A stretch of 37,135 nt of DNA from a virus (lineage: Duplodnaviria; Caudoviricetes): positions 1-37,135 of IMG/VR virus record IMGVR_UViG_3300042923_001353, one strand, 5' to 3'. The translations under genes were made by a program, and so were the position numbers. Shown one piece after another: positions 19,390 to 28,315 of the stretch (position 1 is the stretch's first letter; each line of letters begins with the position of its first letter). The notes under the pieces are model-generated. The model had not been told where the DNA came from. It made no database searches and worked only from the letters and a program-made list of their open reading frames with translations.

Positions 19390-19557
19390 CTACCTTGAAT
19401 TTTTTTGATCTTCTTTAATACAAAAAGGCACTAAACAAAAATACTTGTATTCCAACCATCTTCCGCACCAGCAGCCTGTACATTTGTGATCAGACCGTTC
19501 TTTCTGGACCTCTGAATCAATTAGTTTTTGCTTTTTTACTTCAAGCTTTTTACTCAT
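19390..19557 (-). CDS. 55-aa Cys-rich protein (not in ORF track)
   Basis: RBS aggtga; MSKKLEV...HKCTGCWCGRW...FCLVPFCIK...*. Confidence 0.65.
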   Translation of the reverse strand: MSKKLEVKKQKLIDSEVQKERSDHKCTGCWCGRWLEYKYFCLVPFCIKEDQKNSR

Positions 19558-19571
19558 AATATCACCTAATT

Positions 19572-19597
19572 AAAAAGCCCGGGCATGTGCCCGAGCT
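19572..19597 (-). terminator. Terminator-like hairpin
   Basis: Minus strand agctcgggcac-at-gcccgggctttt. Confidence 0.5.
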
Positions 19598-19647
19598 AAA
19601 TTTTATTGTACTTCTATTTTATAGATTAATTTAGTTTGTCAATATTG

Positions 19648-20082
19648 TCAGTGGGTAAAAAGTGGGTTTTTATTCCTCTTTGAAATTTCTTTTATATAAT
19701 CCAGTGTATATTTCAACTCATCAGCAATCTCCTGCAGCTTCATTCCCTTTATGTCTCTAAGGTAAACTACCTTTTGATCAATACCATCCAACTGCATCAC
19801 CTTTGCCAGTATTTCCTTCTCCAGCTTTTTCAAGTTCTCAATGGTCCATGTTTCATGTTCAATCATACTCTCATATTTCTGAAGATACATATATATTCGA
19901 TCTAAGCTCATAGCGTTACCGTTCCCACTTGGCAAGCCATCATAGCTGATACTACTTATTTCGTGTGGAGCATCCTTGTGCAGCAGCTTCTTATAATAGT
20001 TATAATTTTCTTCTGCTATCTCTAGATATCTTTCATGCATTTCCCTCTGTAAAACCAAATTTTTGAATGACCCAAAATCCAT
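19648..20082 (-). CDS. Late transcriptional activator (ArpU/RinA-like, sigma-4-type HTH)
   Basis: C-terminal LQEIADELKY HTH; last gene of the replication module. Confidence 0.75.
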   Translation of the reverse strand: MDFGSFKNLVLQREMHERYLEIAEENYNYYKKLLHKDAPHEISSISYDGLPSGNGNAMSLDRIYMYLQKYESMIEHETWTIENLKKLEKEILAKVMQLDGIDQKVVYLRDIKGMKLQEIADELKYTLDYIKEISKRNKNPLFTH

Positions 20083-20128
20083 GCGACTCCCACCCTTCTC
20101 TTGTATTCATTTCCTAGTTACTAATAAT

Positions 20129-20160
20129 AAAAGGCACTACCCCTCCCAAGGATAGTGCCT
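20129..20160 (-). terminator. Intrinsic terminator upstream of the late activator
   Basis: Minus strand aggcacta...tagtgcct followed by tttatt. Confidence 0.7.
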
Positions 20161-20177
20161 CCGCTCTTCGGTCAGCC

Positions 20178-20354
20178 CTACTTAATTTTTTCTTTCTCTG
20201 AAAACTCCGTCTTTGAAATTATTTCTCCGTTTACATGCCGGATATTGATTTCAAAGTAGTCAGACTTTCCAATTTTCTCTATGCAGTCCACCAGCTCCCC
20301 TGCTCTTTCAACTATCTTTCGTTTAAGCTGCTTTTTATCATTGTCCAATTCCAT
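20178..20354 (-). CDS. Small phage protein (58 aa)
   Basis: RBS agaggggg before ATG 20354. Confidence 0.6.
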   Translation of the reverse strand: MELDNDKKQLKRKIVERAGELVDCIEKIGKSDYFEINIRHVNGEIISKTEFSEKEKIK

Positions 20355-20364
20355 TCCCCCTCTG

Positions 20365-21360
20365 CTATTGAACGTTAAGTTCTGCTCTTGCTCTACGATC
20401 TGCCATGAGCTTTTCAAATTCTTCCTCGCTCATTGGGTTTTCGATACTGCTCCTCTTTAGCAGCTTCTCTTCAAGGTCTTTATGGTCATAGTCCCTTGGC
20501 GTAAAATTATTAAATCCATTAGACTTACTTTTTCCTGCTAGAGGATATGCTTTACCAGCCTTTTGTATGGATGTCCCCGTTATAAACTCTTCAAATGGTT
20601 TATTCTCACCCAAGAAAGTTTTCGCATGCTTTATGAATCTTTCTTCTGCGCCCTCTAGCTTACACTTTTCAGCATAGTTTTGTGCAGCCTTTATCATATC
20701 CGCAGCTGACACCTTTTGCTTAAGCCTGGCCTTCCATTTGCTAAATGCAGCAGATTTCTCCGTTTTACGAGGATAGTAGCTCCAAAACTTCTCAAACTCA
20801 TCTGTATACTCATTCTTGCCTTTGCCAGAATCTCCATTCTGCGCTCCACCCTTTGAATTGGGTTTCTCAGCCGAGGCCTTTGCGCAATCGTCTGTACCGA
20901 CAGGTGCAGACATATTATCGAGTATCGAGTTACGAGTATCGAGATACGAGATACGAGATACGGGAACATTTGATTGCACATGATTACATATGTATTCATC
21001 CGTATTCATATGTAGGTTTATAATATCACCTTCTTCTATCGACGGAAATTTGCTTTCTTTAGCCCTAATGTTTTGATGTCTTTCCCAGGTATTTACTTGA
21101 AGGTATCTTTTTCCGCAAACCTCATATAGAGTAATTAATCTCTTTGTAAGTGCTAGCAGCCAACTATCGATAACTTCAAGACTTAATCGATCTGTCCTTA
21201 AAGGGTAGCACTTAGCTCTTACAATTTGAGTCCTTGCATCCATTCTTCCATAGTCATCACAATTCACAATTATTCTATAAAAAAAAGCTTCTTCTTCAGG
21301 ACTCAATTCATCTATATCTTCGCTTATGCAGATGCTTTCTTTTATTATCCTATTAGGCAA
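20365..21360 (-). CDS. Phage replication initiator protein
   Basis: PNRIIKESI...CDDYGR N-terminus, FEKFWSYYPRK and IKHAKTFL motifs, FNNF..RDYD tail; internal repeats. Confidence 0.85.
   Translation of the reverse strand: MPNRIIKESICISEDIDELSPEEEAFFYRIIVNCDDYGRMDARTQIVRAKCYPLRTDRLSLEVIDSWLLALTKRLITLYEVCGKRYLQVNTWERHQNIRAKESKFPSIEEGDIINLHMNTDEYICNHVQSNVPVSRISYLDTRNSILDNMSAPVGTDDCAKASAEKPNSKGGAQNGDSGKGKNEYTDEFEKFWSYYPRKTEKSAAFSKWKARLKQKVSAADMIKAAQNYAEKCKLEGAEERFIKHAKTFLGENKPFEEFITGTSIQKAGKAYPLAGKSKSNGFNNFTPRDYDHKDLEEKLLKRSSIENPMSEEEFEKLMADRRARAELNVQ
20916..20964. repeat. Seven tandem heptamers (tatcgag/atacgag), probable origin iterons
   Basis: tatcgag tatcgag ttacgag tatcgag atacgag atacgag atacggg inside the initiator gene. 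Confidence 0.8.
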
Positions 21361-21389
21361 TTTGTATCACCCTCTTACTATAAAATTTC

Positions 21390-21788
21390 TTAACCTGCTA
21401 GCTCATATCGAAATACAGTTAAGTCCTGATTCAAAATATATATTGGCTTGTTATCCTGCAATGCCCACTGAAACTCTTCGTTACAGCCTTTGGACTTGTC
21501 CCAATTTGGACACATAATTATTGCACCGCATACGTCAAACATCTTCCTGCACATTATCATTGCAACAGAGTCTTCTGTGTTAACAGGAATTATAACAATA
21601 GGATTTATCATAGTGATTTGATGCATATCGCTTAAACAACGTTCATATATAGCAGCTGCATATCTATTAGCAGCTGGATCTCCAAAAGTTGTGCATGGAT
21701 GACTAAGATAGTATATACAGTCTTTGTCCAATTCAAAAACCTCCAATCTCATTGAATATCTATCTTGTGATGTGTAACTATTCTTCAT
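21390..21788 (-). CDS. DUF4406/DUF1937-like protein (nucleoside deoxyribosyltransferase-like fold)
   Basis: YLSHP...INP...C.AI...NWDKSKGC.EE..A motif. Confidence 0.75.
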   Translation of the reverse strand: MKNSYTSQDRYSMRLEVFELDKDCIYYLSHPCTTFGDPAANRYAAAIYERCLSDMHQITMINPIVIIPVNTEDSVAMIMCRKMFDVCGAIIMCPNWDKSKGCNEEFQWALQDNKPIYILNQDLTVFRYELAG

Positions 21789-22047
21789 AAAAAATATTGT
21801 CTTTGCACCCTTTGCATCTTTCTATTGGCTCATCATCATGTTCTGACATTTGATACCCTAAACATTTGTTTTCGGTAGTTTTTTCAGCTTCGTTGCATTT
21901 AACTTCCTGTCTTTTGTTATTAGTAATCCTTAAACAACTGTTTGTATAGTTGCAAGAGCAAATACTTGTTCTTGGTATTTCATCCTCTGAGTACTTTAAT
22001 ACCCAATCCATTTTTCCGTAGCAATGAGGTTTATTCATCAATTTCAC
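21778..22047 (-). CDS. Cys-rich hypothetical protein
   Basis: RBS gaaggag; CLGY...DDEPIERCKGC. Confidence 0.65.
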   Translation of the reverse strand: MKLMNKPHCYGKMDWVLKYSEDEIPRTSICSCNYTNSCLRITNNKRQEVKCNEAEKTTENKCLGYQMSEHDDEPIERCKGCKDNIFYEE

Positions 22048-22065
22048 TCCTTCGCATTTTAGTCA

Positions 22066-23016
22066 TTACAGGACTTTCTCTCCCATTTTACTAAGCAAAG
22101 CATTGATAGCATTCTTATATTTGCTATAGCTCTCTTCGTCTGTGCCGGCGATTTCGGCCAATACTCCGAGTAGCTTCTGGAAGTCCTTAACCAGCTCATC
22201 AAAGTAAATTGCAAATTTCTCAGCAGCTCCACCAACCAAAGCTTTTCTTCTTAAATCCTCAAGCTCTTTCTCAATTTCTTCTGGTACCTTTTCTATAGTT
22301 GCTACAGTAGCTTCGATGGGTTTTTCTTTGAGCTGCTTCTCAAGTTCAAGGATCCTACTGTTTGCCCAATTCAAATCATCCTCTGTTTTCTTAAGTGAAT
22401 CGTTTAAGGCATCAATCTCTTCATCATTCCCTGAGTCCTCAGCATCCTTGATTTTATCCTTCAGTTCTTCTATGGATTTTCTAAGTCGAGTTATCTCAAC
22501 AACTGAATGCTCTTGCTCTTTTTTAAGGTCTTGCTGCAGCTTTGAAGCTTCATCTTCTTTAGCTTTCGCTGTCTGTATAGCATCCTTAAGCTTCTTAACT
22601 GCCTCGTCTCTTTCTTTTATGGCTTGCTGCAGCTCTCTGGTGCTCATATTGTCTATATCATGCTTTCCAACGAACTCTTCTCGCTCTTCTTCAGGTACTC
22701 CGAGCAATGCAACTGCTTGCGTATAGCTCAAATTGGCAAGCGCTTGCGATTTTGAATTATCCCCTAAAAGAGTTAGTTGATCAGCTCCATATTCTTCAAA
22801 TATCCTCATTAGATTTGAGGCGGTTCTTTGCGAGTAGTCCACTGAAGCTTCTAACCAACCGCCCCACTCGCCATGAGATACAAGTTGCTTTGCCTCGGTT
22901 AGGCGACGGCCTATTTCAATGCTGTTATATAAAACCATCTTCCTAGTCTGATTCTTAATATTATTAATCTCAGCTGCTATCAGTTCAGGGGTTCTATTTA
23001 TAACTAAATCACTCAT
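22066..23016 (-). CDS. DUF3102-domain protein
   Basis: IEIGRRL.EAK..V.HGEW..WL motif plus coiled coil. Confidence 0.88.
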   Translation of the reverse strand: MSDLVINRTPELIAAEINNIKNQTRKMVLYNSIEIGRRLTEAKQLVSHGEWGGWLEASVDYSQRTASNLMRIFEEYGADQLTLLGDNSKSQALANLSYTQAVALLGVPEEEREEFVGKHDIDNMSTRELQQAIKERDEAVKKLKDAIQTAKAKEDEASKLQQDLKKEQEHSVVEITRLRKSIEELKDKIKDAEDSGNDEEIDALNDSLKKTEDDLNWANSRILELEKQLKEKPIEATVATIEKVPEEIEKELEDLRRKALVGGAAEKFAIYFDELVKDFQKLLGVLAEIAGTDEESYSKYKNAINALLSKMGEKVL

Positions 23017-23034
23017 CTTTTGTCCTTTCTCCGG

Positions 23035-24654
23035 TTATGCCGGCACCTTAACTTTTGATTTCTTTTTCTTGAGTAGCACTTCAGCTTCGAACTCATCAAC
23101 GAAAGCTTGTACCTCATCTGTGGCTACGCAGTTGCGAAGTCCCCTAGTTTGGTATATTGTGGTTCCACGCACTTCCAATGTGTAGAATGGAGTATCTGGC
23201 TCTCTCTCTTTCCTTATCAGTAAGATATTGGTCTTTCCATCCGCATAGTCTTTGCTATAGCGTCCTACACAATGATTTAGAGCTTTTCCCTCATTTACTA
23301 ACTCTTGTGAACTCACAGCTGCCCTAATGAACAAACCATTGTATTTAAAAGAGAATTTTTTTAGATCAGGCAACCTCTCCTTAATCTTTTCTGTCAGTGC
23401 GAGGTCCTCTGCGTATTTTATTTGGGCACTTGTATTCTGATGAGCAGAATGTAGATTATTTGGGTAAAGAATCCTCATTTCACTTGTATCAATGTTAAGT
23501 TTCTTACACTCCTGTTTATAATCCATCCAATCCCTCACGACATTAGAGGTTCCATAATATGTGCGATTGCTATTTCTCAGTTGTTTTGATATATACCTTA
23601 TTGCATCTTTGAATGTGAAGCTTTCACATGTCATACTTCCAATGGTGTCTATTTCGCCAATACCATAAATCATTTCAGACAGTTGTTTTACTTCAATGAT
23701 GCTAAGCCCTAGTCCCTTATCTTTATTTAGTTTTATCAAGTGCAGGAACCAAAAGGTCGGTATAATCTTTTGTTGTTTAATCATCTGATACTCTTCATCA
23801 GTGAGTTTGAATACCTTTAACAGTGTCTTGCCTCGCCAGTTGATTGTATTGAAAGTGTTATCACCTTTAAGCCTGCTAAGTATCAGCTTCCGGTAGCCAA
23901 GCTTGTTAAGATACTCAACAACCGGATACCTAGCATAGAAATCAAAGAATCTCACCATGTCTTCATATTCACATAGCTCCCAGCCACTCCAAGCAAAAGG
24001 TGTGTCTTTAACAGCTGTCTTGATGCTCTCTTTTGAATACCCGGTCACAGTACTTGGTGCCTGGTTGTGTAACCTTGAATATACCGTCTTCGTGAATCCC
24101 CATCCCGATGGAGCCTGCCACCTGTCAATCCATTTGATCATTTTTCCGCCCTTGCTATACTCGAAAATGTAATAGTAATCAGTATGTAAATTGGTTTTTA
24201 CATTTTTATAGTCCGCAGTATAATCTCTCCAAGCTAAAAAGCCTCTCGCTACGATTATTTTTGGATCCAATACTGATTTTTCATAGTAGACAAAGTATGA
24301 GCTATCCAAGAGCCTACTGTGCCCAAGTCCTGAGTAACGTACTTTACATTTACTCTTGCATACTGGGCACTCCATAGACTGTCCGTGTTTCTGTTTCTCG
24401 TATTCTGAATTGTAGTAATATGCTGCATGACACCCACACTGGTCTACTTCTGATTTCTGCCTTTCTGTAGGTTTCTTCAAATGGGTTTTAAATTCGCTGT
24501 AGCAGTGTGTGCAATAGCCATACTGTTGTTTCTTGATTGTAGTTACAAATACGTATCTGCTTTCTTCAAGCATCACATTAGTAGCATAGTCAATAATTTC
24601 TTGGCTGTATCCATCATTGAAATGTTGAATATAAGCTTTCACCTTCTCATCCAT
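23035..24654 (-). CDS. PcfJ-domain protein
   Basis: GYCTHC/CPVC Zn motifs; EGKALNHCVG.Y and PFYTLEV C-terminal motifs. Confidence 0.9.
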   Translation of the reverse strand: MDEKVKAYIQHFNDGYSQEIIDYATNVMLEESRYVFVTTIKKQQYGYCTHCYSEFKTHLKKPTERQKSEVDQCGCHAAYYYNSEYEKQKHGQSMECPVCKSKCKVRYSGLGHSRLLDSSYFVYYEKSVLDPKIIVARGFLAWRDYTADYKNVKTNLHTDYYYIFEYSKGGKMIKWIDRWQAPSGWGFTKTVYSRLHNQAPSTVTGYSKESIKTAVKDTPFAWSGWELCEYEDMVRFFDFYARYPVVEYLNKLGYRKLILSRLKGDNTFNTINWRGKTLLKVFKLTDEEYQMIKQQKIIPTFWFLHLIKLNKDKGLGLSIIEVKQLSEMIYGIGEIDTIGSMTCESFTFKDAIRYISKQLRNSNRTYYGTSNVVRDWMDYKQECKKLNIDTSEMRILYPNNLHSAHQNTSAQIKYAEDLALTEKIKERLPDLKKFSFKYNGLFIRAAVSSQELVNEGKALNHCVGRYSKDYADGKTNILLIRKEREPDTPFYTLEVRGTTIYQTRGLRNCVATDEVQAFVDEFEAEVLLKKKKSKVKVPA

Positions 24655-25009
24655 TTAACAGATCCTCCAGATTGACATCGAATTTAGTTGTTTCAGCCAC
24701 TGTGGGTTTGACCACCTGCAGTATAGGTTTCGTAACCCTAGCCATTGGAATATCAAAGTATTCAAGGACAATTGCAAAACCCTCATCATCAGTCAGGACC
24801 CCGCAGCCATCCTTTTGAATCTTCCGCGCCTCAGCTTTCATAGCTTCCATGGCACCTTTAATTGACTTGTTACCCTTAAGAATCATATCAGCTGATCCTG
24901 GATTTGCATCTAACTGTTGGAGCAGGAAATCACCGATTATCTTCTTATATCCATTATCTTTTCCTATCTCATCGAGAAGTTTTTTTCTCGCTTTTTCTAG
25001 CATATACAT
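24647..25009 (-). CDS. PcfK-like protein
   Basis: KSIKGA...MK.EARK...LTDDEGF.IV.EYF; directly upstream of pcfJ. Confidence 0.75.
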   Translation of the reverse strand: MYMLEKARKKLLDEIGKDNGYKKIIGDFLLQQLDANPGSADMILKGNKSIKGAMEAMKAEARKIQKDGCGVLTDDEGFAIVLEYFDIPMARVTKPILQVVKPTVAETTKFDVNLEDLLNG

Positions 25010-25034
25010 TCACTCCCTTAAAATAAGGTAATTT

Positions 25035-25070
25035 AAATCAATAGGCAGAGCTCTTCTACCTATTGATTTT
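25035..25070. terminator. Hairpin/terminator in the early operon
   Basis: aaatcaatagg...cctattgattt 11-bp stem. Confidence 0.55.
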
Positions 25071-25090
25071 ACTTATGTACTTTGTTATAC

Positions 25091-25324
25091 TTAATTCAAC
25101 GATATAATTTTAGTTTGCGCACAGTCTTGTGTGCTTTTTTTATGCTCTGGAAGCACTCTCTTTATTTCTTTACCCAGGGCTAATAATATGACAAATAAAA
25201 ATGGTACAAATAGCTCTCCACCTACTGCAAAATACCCTCTCTGAATATAAGCTGCTTTAACTGCATAAGGTGTAAGTAGTAATCCTAGTAGTAATACAAT
25301 CAGGTACATACGGCTTGTCCTCAT
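25091..25324 (-). CDS. Small two-TM membrane protein
   Basis: AYIQRGYFAVGGE between two hydrophobic helices. Confidence 0.7.
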   Translation of the reverse strand: MRTSRMYLIVLLLGLLLTPYAVKAAYIQRGYFAVGGELFVPFLFVILLALGKEIKRVLPEHKKSTQDCAQTKIISLN

Positions 25325-25325
25325 T

Positions 25326-25853
25326 TTACACATACCCCTTTCTCTTTAGCTTTGCATTGGTTCTTTTCTCGATGTCCTTGAGCTTTATGCCATATGCTTC
25401 ATCCATGCTAGTGAAATGCATCTTTAATGCTACATATAAATCTGCAATTTGCTCTTCTTGTTCATATATTTGCTCCCTTAGCTCATCAGTTAAACTGCTA
25501 CCTGGCTTTTTATTTGTTAATAGAGTCTTAATTGTTTGAATGCCTTTGCCGGCTTCGAACATTTCAGTAGTCAGCACTTCAAGCACATTCTTAGGATTGT
25601 CATCCACATTTTTAAGCAACGGCACATTAAAAAACTCACTGCCTGTTTCATAAGAAAGTTCAGCTTTCGCCTTTGCATCATCCAGCACTAAAGGTATTCT
25701 TGAGACGATATCGGCTGGGGCAGGTTTTTTGCCTGCTTCGATATCAGAAATCATTGGCTGTGATATATGAAGCATCCTTGCCAGCTCAGCTTGAGACAAA
25801 TTATTGCTTAATCTTGCCTCTCTAATACGATCAGCCATGCACATTATCCACAC
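25326..25853 (-). CDS. XRE-family HTH regulator
   Basis: LSQAELARMLHISQPMISDIEAG. Confidence 0.85.
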   Translation of the reverse strand: MWIMCMADRIREARLSNNLSQAELARMLHISQPMISDIEAGKKPAPADIVSRIPLVLDDAKAKAELSYETGSEFFNVPLLKNVDDNPKNVLEVLTTEMFEAGKGIQTIKTLLTNKKPGSSLTDELREQIYEQEEQIADLYVALKMHFTSMDEAYGIKLKDIEKRTNAKLKRKGYV

Positions 25854-26048
25854 CTCCCCTCTGTATAAAGTTCTTGAAATCTATATGAAATTGTTATAAA
25901 AAGGGAATTTATTTATAACTACCACTATTGATAAAATTAAATAAATCAAATCTTTTGGGCTTCCCACCCCAAACTATTTTAATGTATTCATATCTATGCT
26001 GTTCTATTATGTATTGGCGGTAGATAGCTGCCGCCTGCCCACCTTAAG

Positions 26049-26282
26049 TTATTGAAATGCTTTCTCTCTTAATTTTGCTGAAGGACTTTCTTTGAACGCG
26101 AGACAAATATTTTGCCCCCTCCTGCCTCCACAAGAACCTTTATTGAATTTCAGAAGTTGGCATACTCTGCATTCAGCAGCCAGCACTTCATAGGGAACAT
26201 CCTTAAGTATCCGAATTCCTGTTCTCTTCTTTGGAGCTTCCTCCACAGGTCGGACCTTATCAGTTTTAGCTACATAGCTCAT
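26049..26282 (-). CDS. Small Cys-containing hypothetical protein
   Basis: RBS aggaggtg; CRVC...C...C. Confidence 0.65.
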   Translation of the reverse strand: MSYVAKTDKVRPVEEAPKKRTGIRILKDVPYEVLAAECRVCQLLKFNKGSCGGRRGQNICLAFKESPSAKLREKAFQ

Positions 26283-26346
26283 ATTACACCTCCTCTCAAG
26301 ATTACTATTGGGCTGCATGTCCTACTTTTTCCCTATAAAAGAAGGC

Positions 26347-26502
26347 TTACACTGCCTTCTCCTTCTTTTGTATATCTAACTTATCTTTCTCCATTCTGGA
26401 CTGTACCTCATAATGCCAATCCAGCCATATCTTATTCCATTCATCTTCGCTGTATTTTGGTATTATATTCACAGTTACGCTTATTACTGGGCTGGATTTC
26501 AT
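26347..26502 (-). CDS. 51-aa hypothetical protein (not in ORF track)
   Basis: RBS aaaggggg; MKSSPVISVTVNIIPKYSEDEW...KEKAV*. Confidence 0.6.
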   Translation of the reverse strand: MKSSPVISVTVNIIPKYSEDEWNKIWLDWHYEVQSRMEKDKLDIQKKEKAV

Positions 26503-26599
26503 GATATACCCCCTTTATCGTTTATTGAATTCTATGCAGTGCACGGTTTGTCTGATACTATGCTTATTTACTCACCTTCTTAACAAATGGTAAAATGTT

Positions 26600-26838
26600 G
26601 ATGTAAAGGGGCTTAATGTATTTGGAGCGTGATTTAATGTCAGACAACAATTTTAAGGAAACATCAGCTTTAATAGCCAAAGACATAACAGTAGCTTTAA
26701 TTAACAAGTATGAGTTTAAAGGTAACCCTGAGCAAAGATTAGATGAAATACACCGAATTTTTGATTCAATATATAATCATGTTGTTGAATCATTAAATGT
26801 ATCTACTAAAGATTAAATAACGGAAGCCCCTTTACATC
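26600..26838. repeat. Perfect 15-bp inverted repeat flanking a counter-oriented small gene
   Basis: gatgtaaaggggctt (26600-26614) and aagcccctttacatc (26824-26838). Confidence 0.9.
26616..26816 (+). CDS. Small counter-oriented hypothetical protein (start 26616 or 26637)
   Basis: Extended -10 TGgTAAAAT (26588-26596); helical protein of about 60 aa. Confidence 0.7.
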   Translation: MYLERDLMSDNNFKETSALIAKDITVALINKYEFKGNPEQRLDEIHRIFDSIYNHVVESLNVSTKD

Positions 26839-26990
26839 TAGTCAAAATAGGCAGATGCTTTATCAACAAGTTGAATAATTGTCTCTGCTATCTTGCACAT
26901 ATCTGATGCTGTCCCTGGCTTATACTGGAGTTCTTTTTGTTTGGTTTTAAGCGTCTCAATTTGCTCTTCCAGCTCTTTCTTATAATCCAT
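26838..26990 (-). CDS. 50-aa coiled-coil hypothetical protein (not in ORF track)
   Basis: RBS gggtgaggg; MDYKKELEEQIETLK...SAYFD*. Confidence 0.6.
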   Translation of the reverse strand: MDYKKELEEQIETLKTKQKELQYKPGTASDMCKIAETIIQLVDKASAYFD

Positions 26991-27003
26991 CTTCCCTCAC
27001 CCC

Positions 27004-27258
27004 CTAACTTGCTTGACTTGTCTGCACGCCGCCTTTGTCATCATTGGTTGACACATCAGATAAAAAAAATAATTTATCGATTGGTTCATTAGGAAAAGCT
27101 TTCAATAATCCCGCAATCACTTCTTTGCCCGAACCTCTGCTGTCATTAAATATACGACTTATTGTAGCTCTAGAAACGTTCATTCTCCTTGCCAACTCAG
27201 ACTGCGACCATCCATACTGCTGCATTAATAATATTATATAATCTTTATTAATACGCAC
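27004..27258 (-). CDS. Cro-like XRE repressor
   Basis: GTG 27258 after RBS aggaggtga; WSQSELARRMNVSRATISRI; divergent from cI. Confidence 0.85.
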   Translation of the reverse strand: MRINKDYIILLMQQYGWSQSELARRMNVSRATISRIFNDSRGSGKEVIAGLLKAFPNEPIDKLFFLSDVSTNDDKGGVQTSQAS

Positions 27259-27276
27259 CTTATCACCTCCTAGTTG

Positions 27277-27379
27277 TTGTTGACTGGTGTCATCGTTCAA
27301 TTACAGTATAGTCCAAGCCTTTCCATTTGTCAACATGCGTTTACACATTTTTTTAAAACATATTTCCAATTGGTAACAT
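27277..27379. promoter_or_regulatory. Lysis/lysogeny switch: leftward sigma-A promoter plus repeated operators
   Basis: Minus strand TTGACA (27333-27328), 17 nt, TATACT (27310-27305); related imperfect palindromes tttccatttgtcaacat (27320-27336) and tttccaattggtaacat (27363-27379), with a weaker copy at about 27277. Confidence 0.75.
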
Positions 27380-27410
27380 CACTGATAATATTAAAATAGG
27401 TGGTGAGTGA

Positions 27411-28172
27411 ATGAAAACTGTGGGAGAAATAATTAAAGAAGCTAGAGATAAAAAAGATTACTCACAAAGGCAACTTGCTCTTTACACAGGAATTAGCAAC
27501 ACAGAAATATCAAAAATTGAATCCGGAGAAAGATTAAATCCTAGTCCGGAGATTTTAAAAAAAATATCTGATTATTTAAATCTGGACTATATGAAATTGC
27601 TTGTAGTTGCAGGTTATATAGATGAGAAATTTAAAGATACACAAAATAGATTCAATATTCCTATACTTGGCACTATCCGTGCCGGACTTCCATTACTTGC
27701 GGAAGATAATTGGGATGGGCAAATAGAAGTCCCCACGGATTTAAAGGCAGACTTTGCATTGAGGGTTGTAGGAGACAGCATGAGCTGGGTAGGCATACAT
27801 GAAGGTGATATTGCTATTATGAAGCAGACAAGCACTGCTCAACATGGACAGATCGTCGCTGCTGGTGCCAATGAAGGTGAATGGACCGCTACTCTTAAAT
27901 TCTTCTGTCAAGAAAACGGCACCCCTGTATTAAGAGCTGCCAATCCAAGTTATCCAGATATTAAAGTTAACGGTGTGCATAAGATTATTGGCACCCTGGT
28001 AAGTGTCCAAAAGGATGCTCCAACTATGTCTACATATAGAGACTTTCTACATGATAAAGAGAGTCTAAGTAATGAATGGAATGAGACCATAGAAAAGGCT
28101 ATTTCATTAGGACTTGATGCGGTTAGCTTGAGACAGTATCTTGATGTGCTATCTCATATAAAAAAAACTTAG
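27411..28172 (+). CDS. CI-like repressor (XRE HTH + S24 autopeptidase)
   Basis: N-terminal HTH, Ala-Gly cleavage site (IRAG), GDSM serine and ATLK lysine. Confidence 0.93.
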   Translation: MKTVGEIIKEARDKKDYSQRQLALYTGISNTEISKIESGERLNPSPEILKKISDYLNLDYMKLLVVAGYIDEKFKDTQNRFNIPILGTIRAGLPLLAEDNWDGQIEVPTDLKADFALRVVGDSMSWVGIHEGDIAIMKQTSTAQHGQIVAAGANEGEWTATLKFFCQENGTPVLRAANPSYPDIKVNGVHKIIGTLVSVQKDAPTMSTYRDFLHDKESLSNEWNETIEKAISLGLDAVSLRQYLDVLSHIKKT

Positions 28173-28211
28173 GTTAGTTAGTAAAAATAATATGAATAAT
28201 AATTTGTTATC

Positions 28212-28238
28212 AATAGTCCTCCAAAGGGGACTATTTTT
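28212..28238 (+). terminator. Intrinsic terminator after cI
   Basis: aatagtcct-ccaaag-gggactatt-ttt. Confidence 0.8.
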
Positions 28239-28315
28239 ACACCTATTTAAGGAAAATAATCTCTTATATGGTAATGGCTATAAACATAATAACAATGTAA
28301 CGAGGGGGAGTTGCT

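Noticed and set aside
20916-20964. Tandem repeats as a CRISPR array
   Set aside because: 7-bp units with no spacers and no cas genes; position inside the initiator fits iterons.
24647-25009. Anti-CRISPR call for the PcfK-like protein
   Set aside because: PcfK-like proteins include AcrIIA9 relatives, but the pcfK-pcfJ pair is a routine phage module; the sequence gives no evidence of Acr activity.
396-25539. Numerous + strand ORFs antisense to phage genes (e.g. 3009-3350, 6740-7135, 8000-8518, 22316-22726)
   Set aside because: Shadow frames of well-supported - strand genes, with no RBS or motifs.
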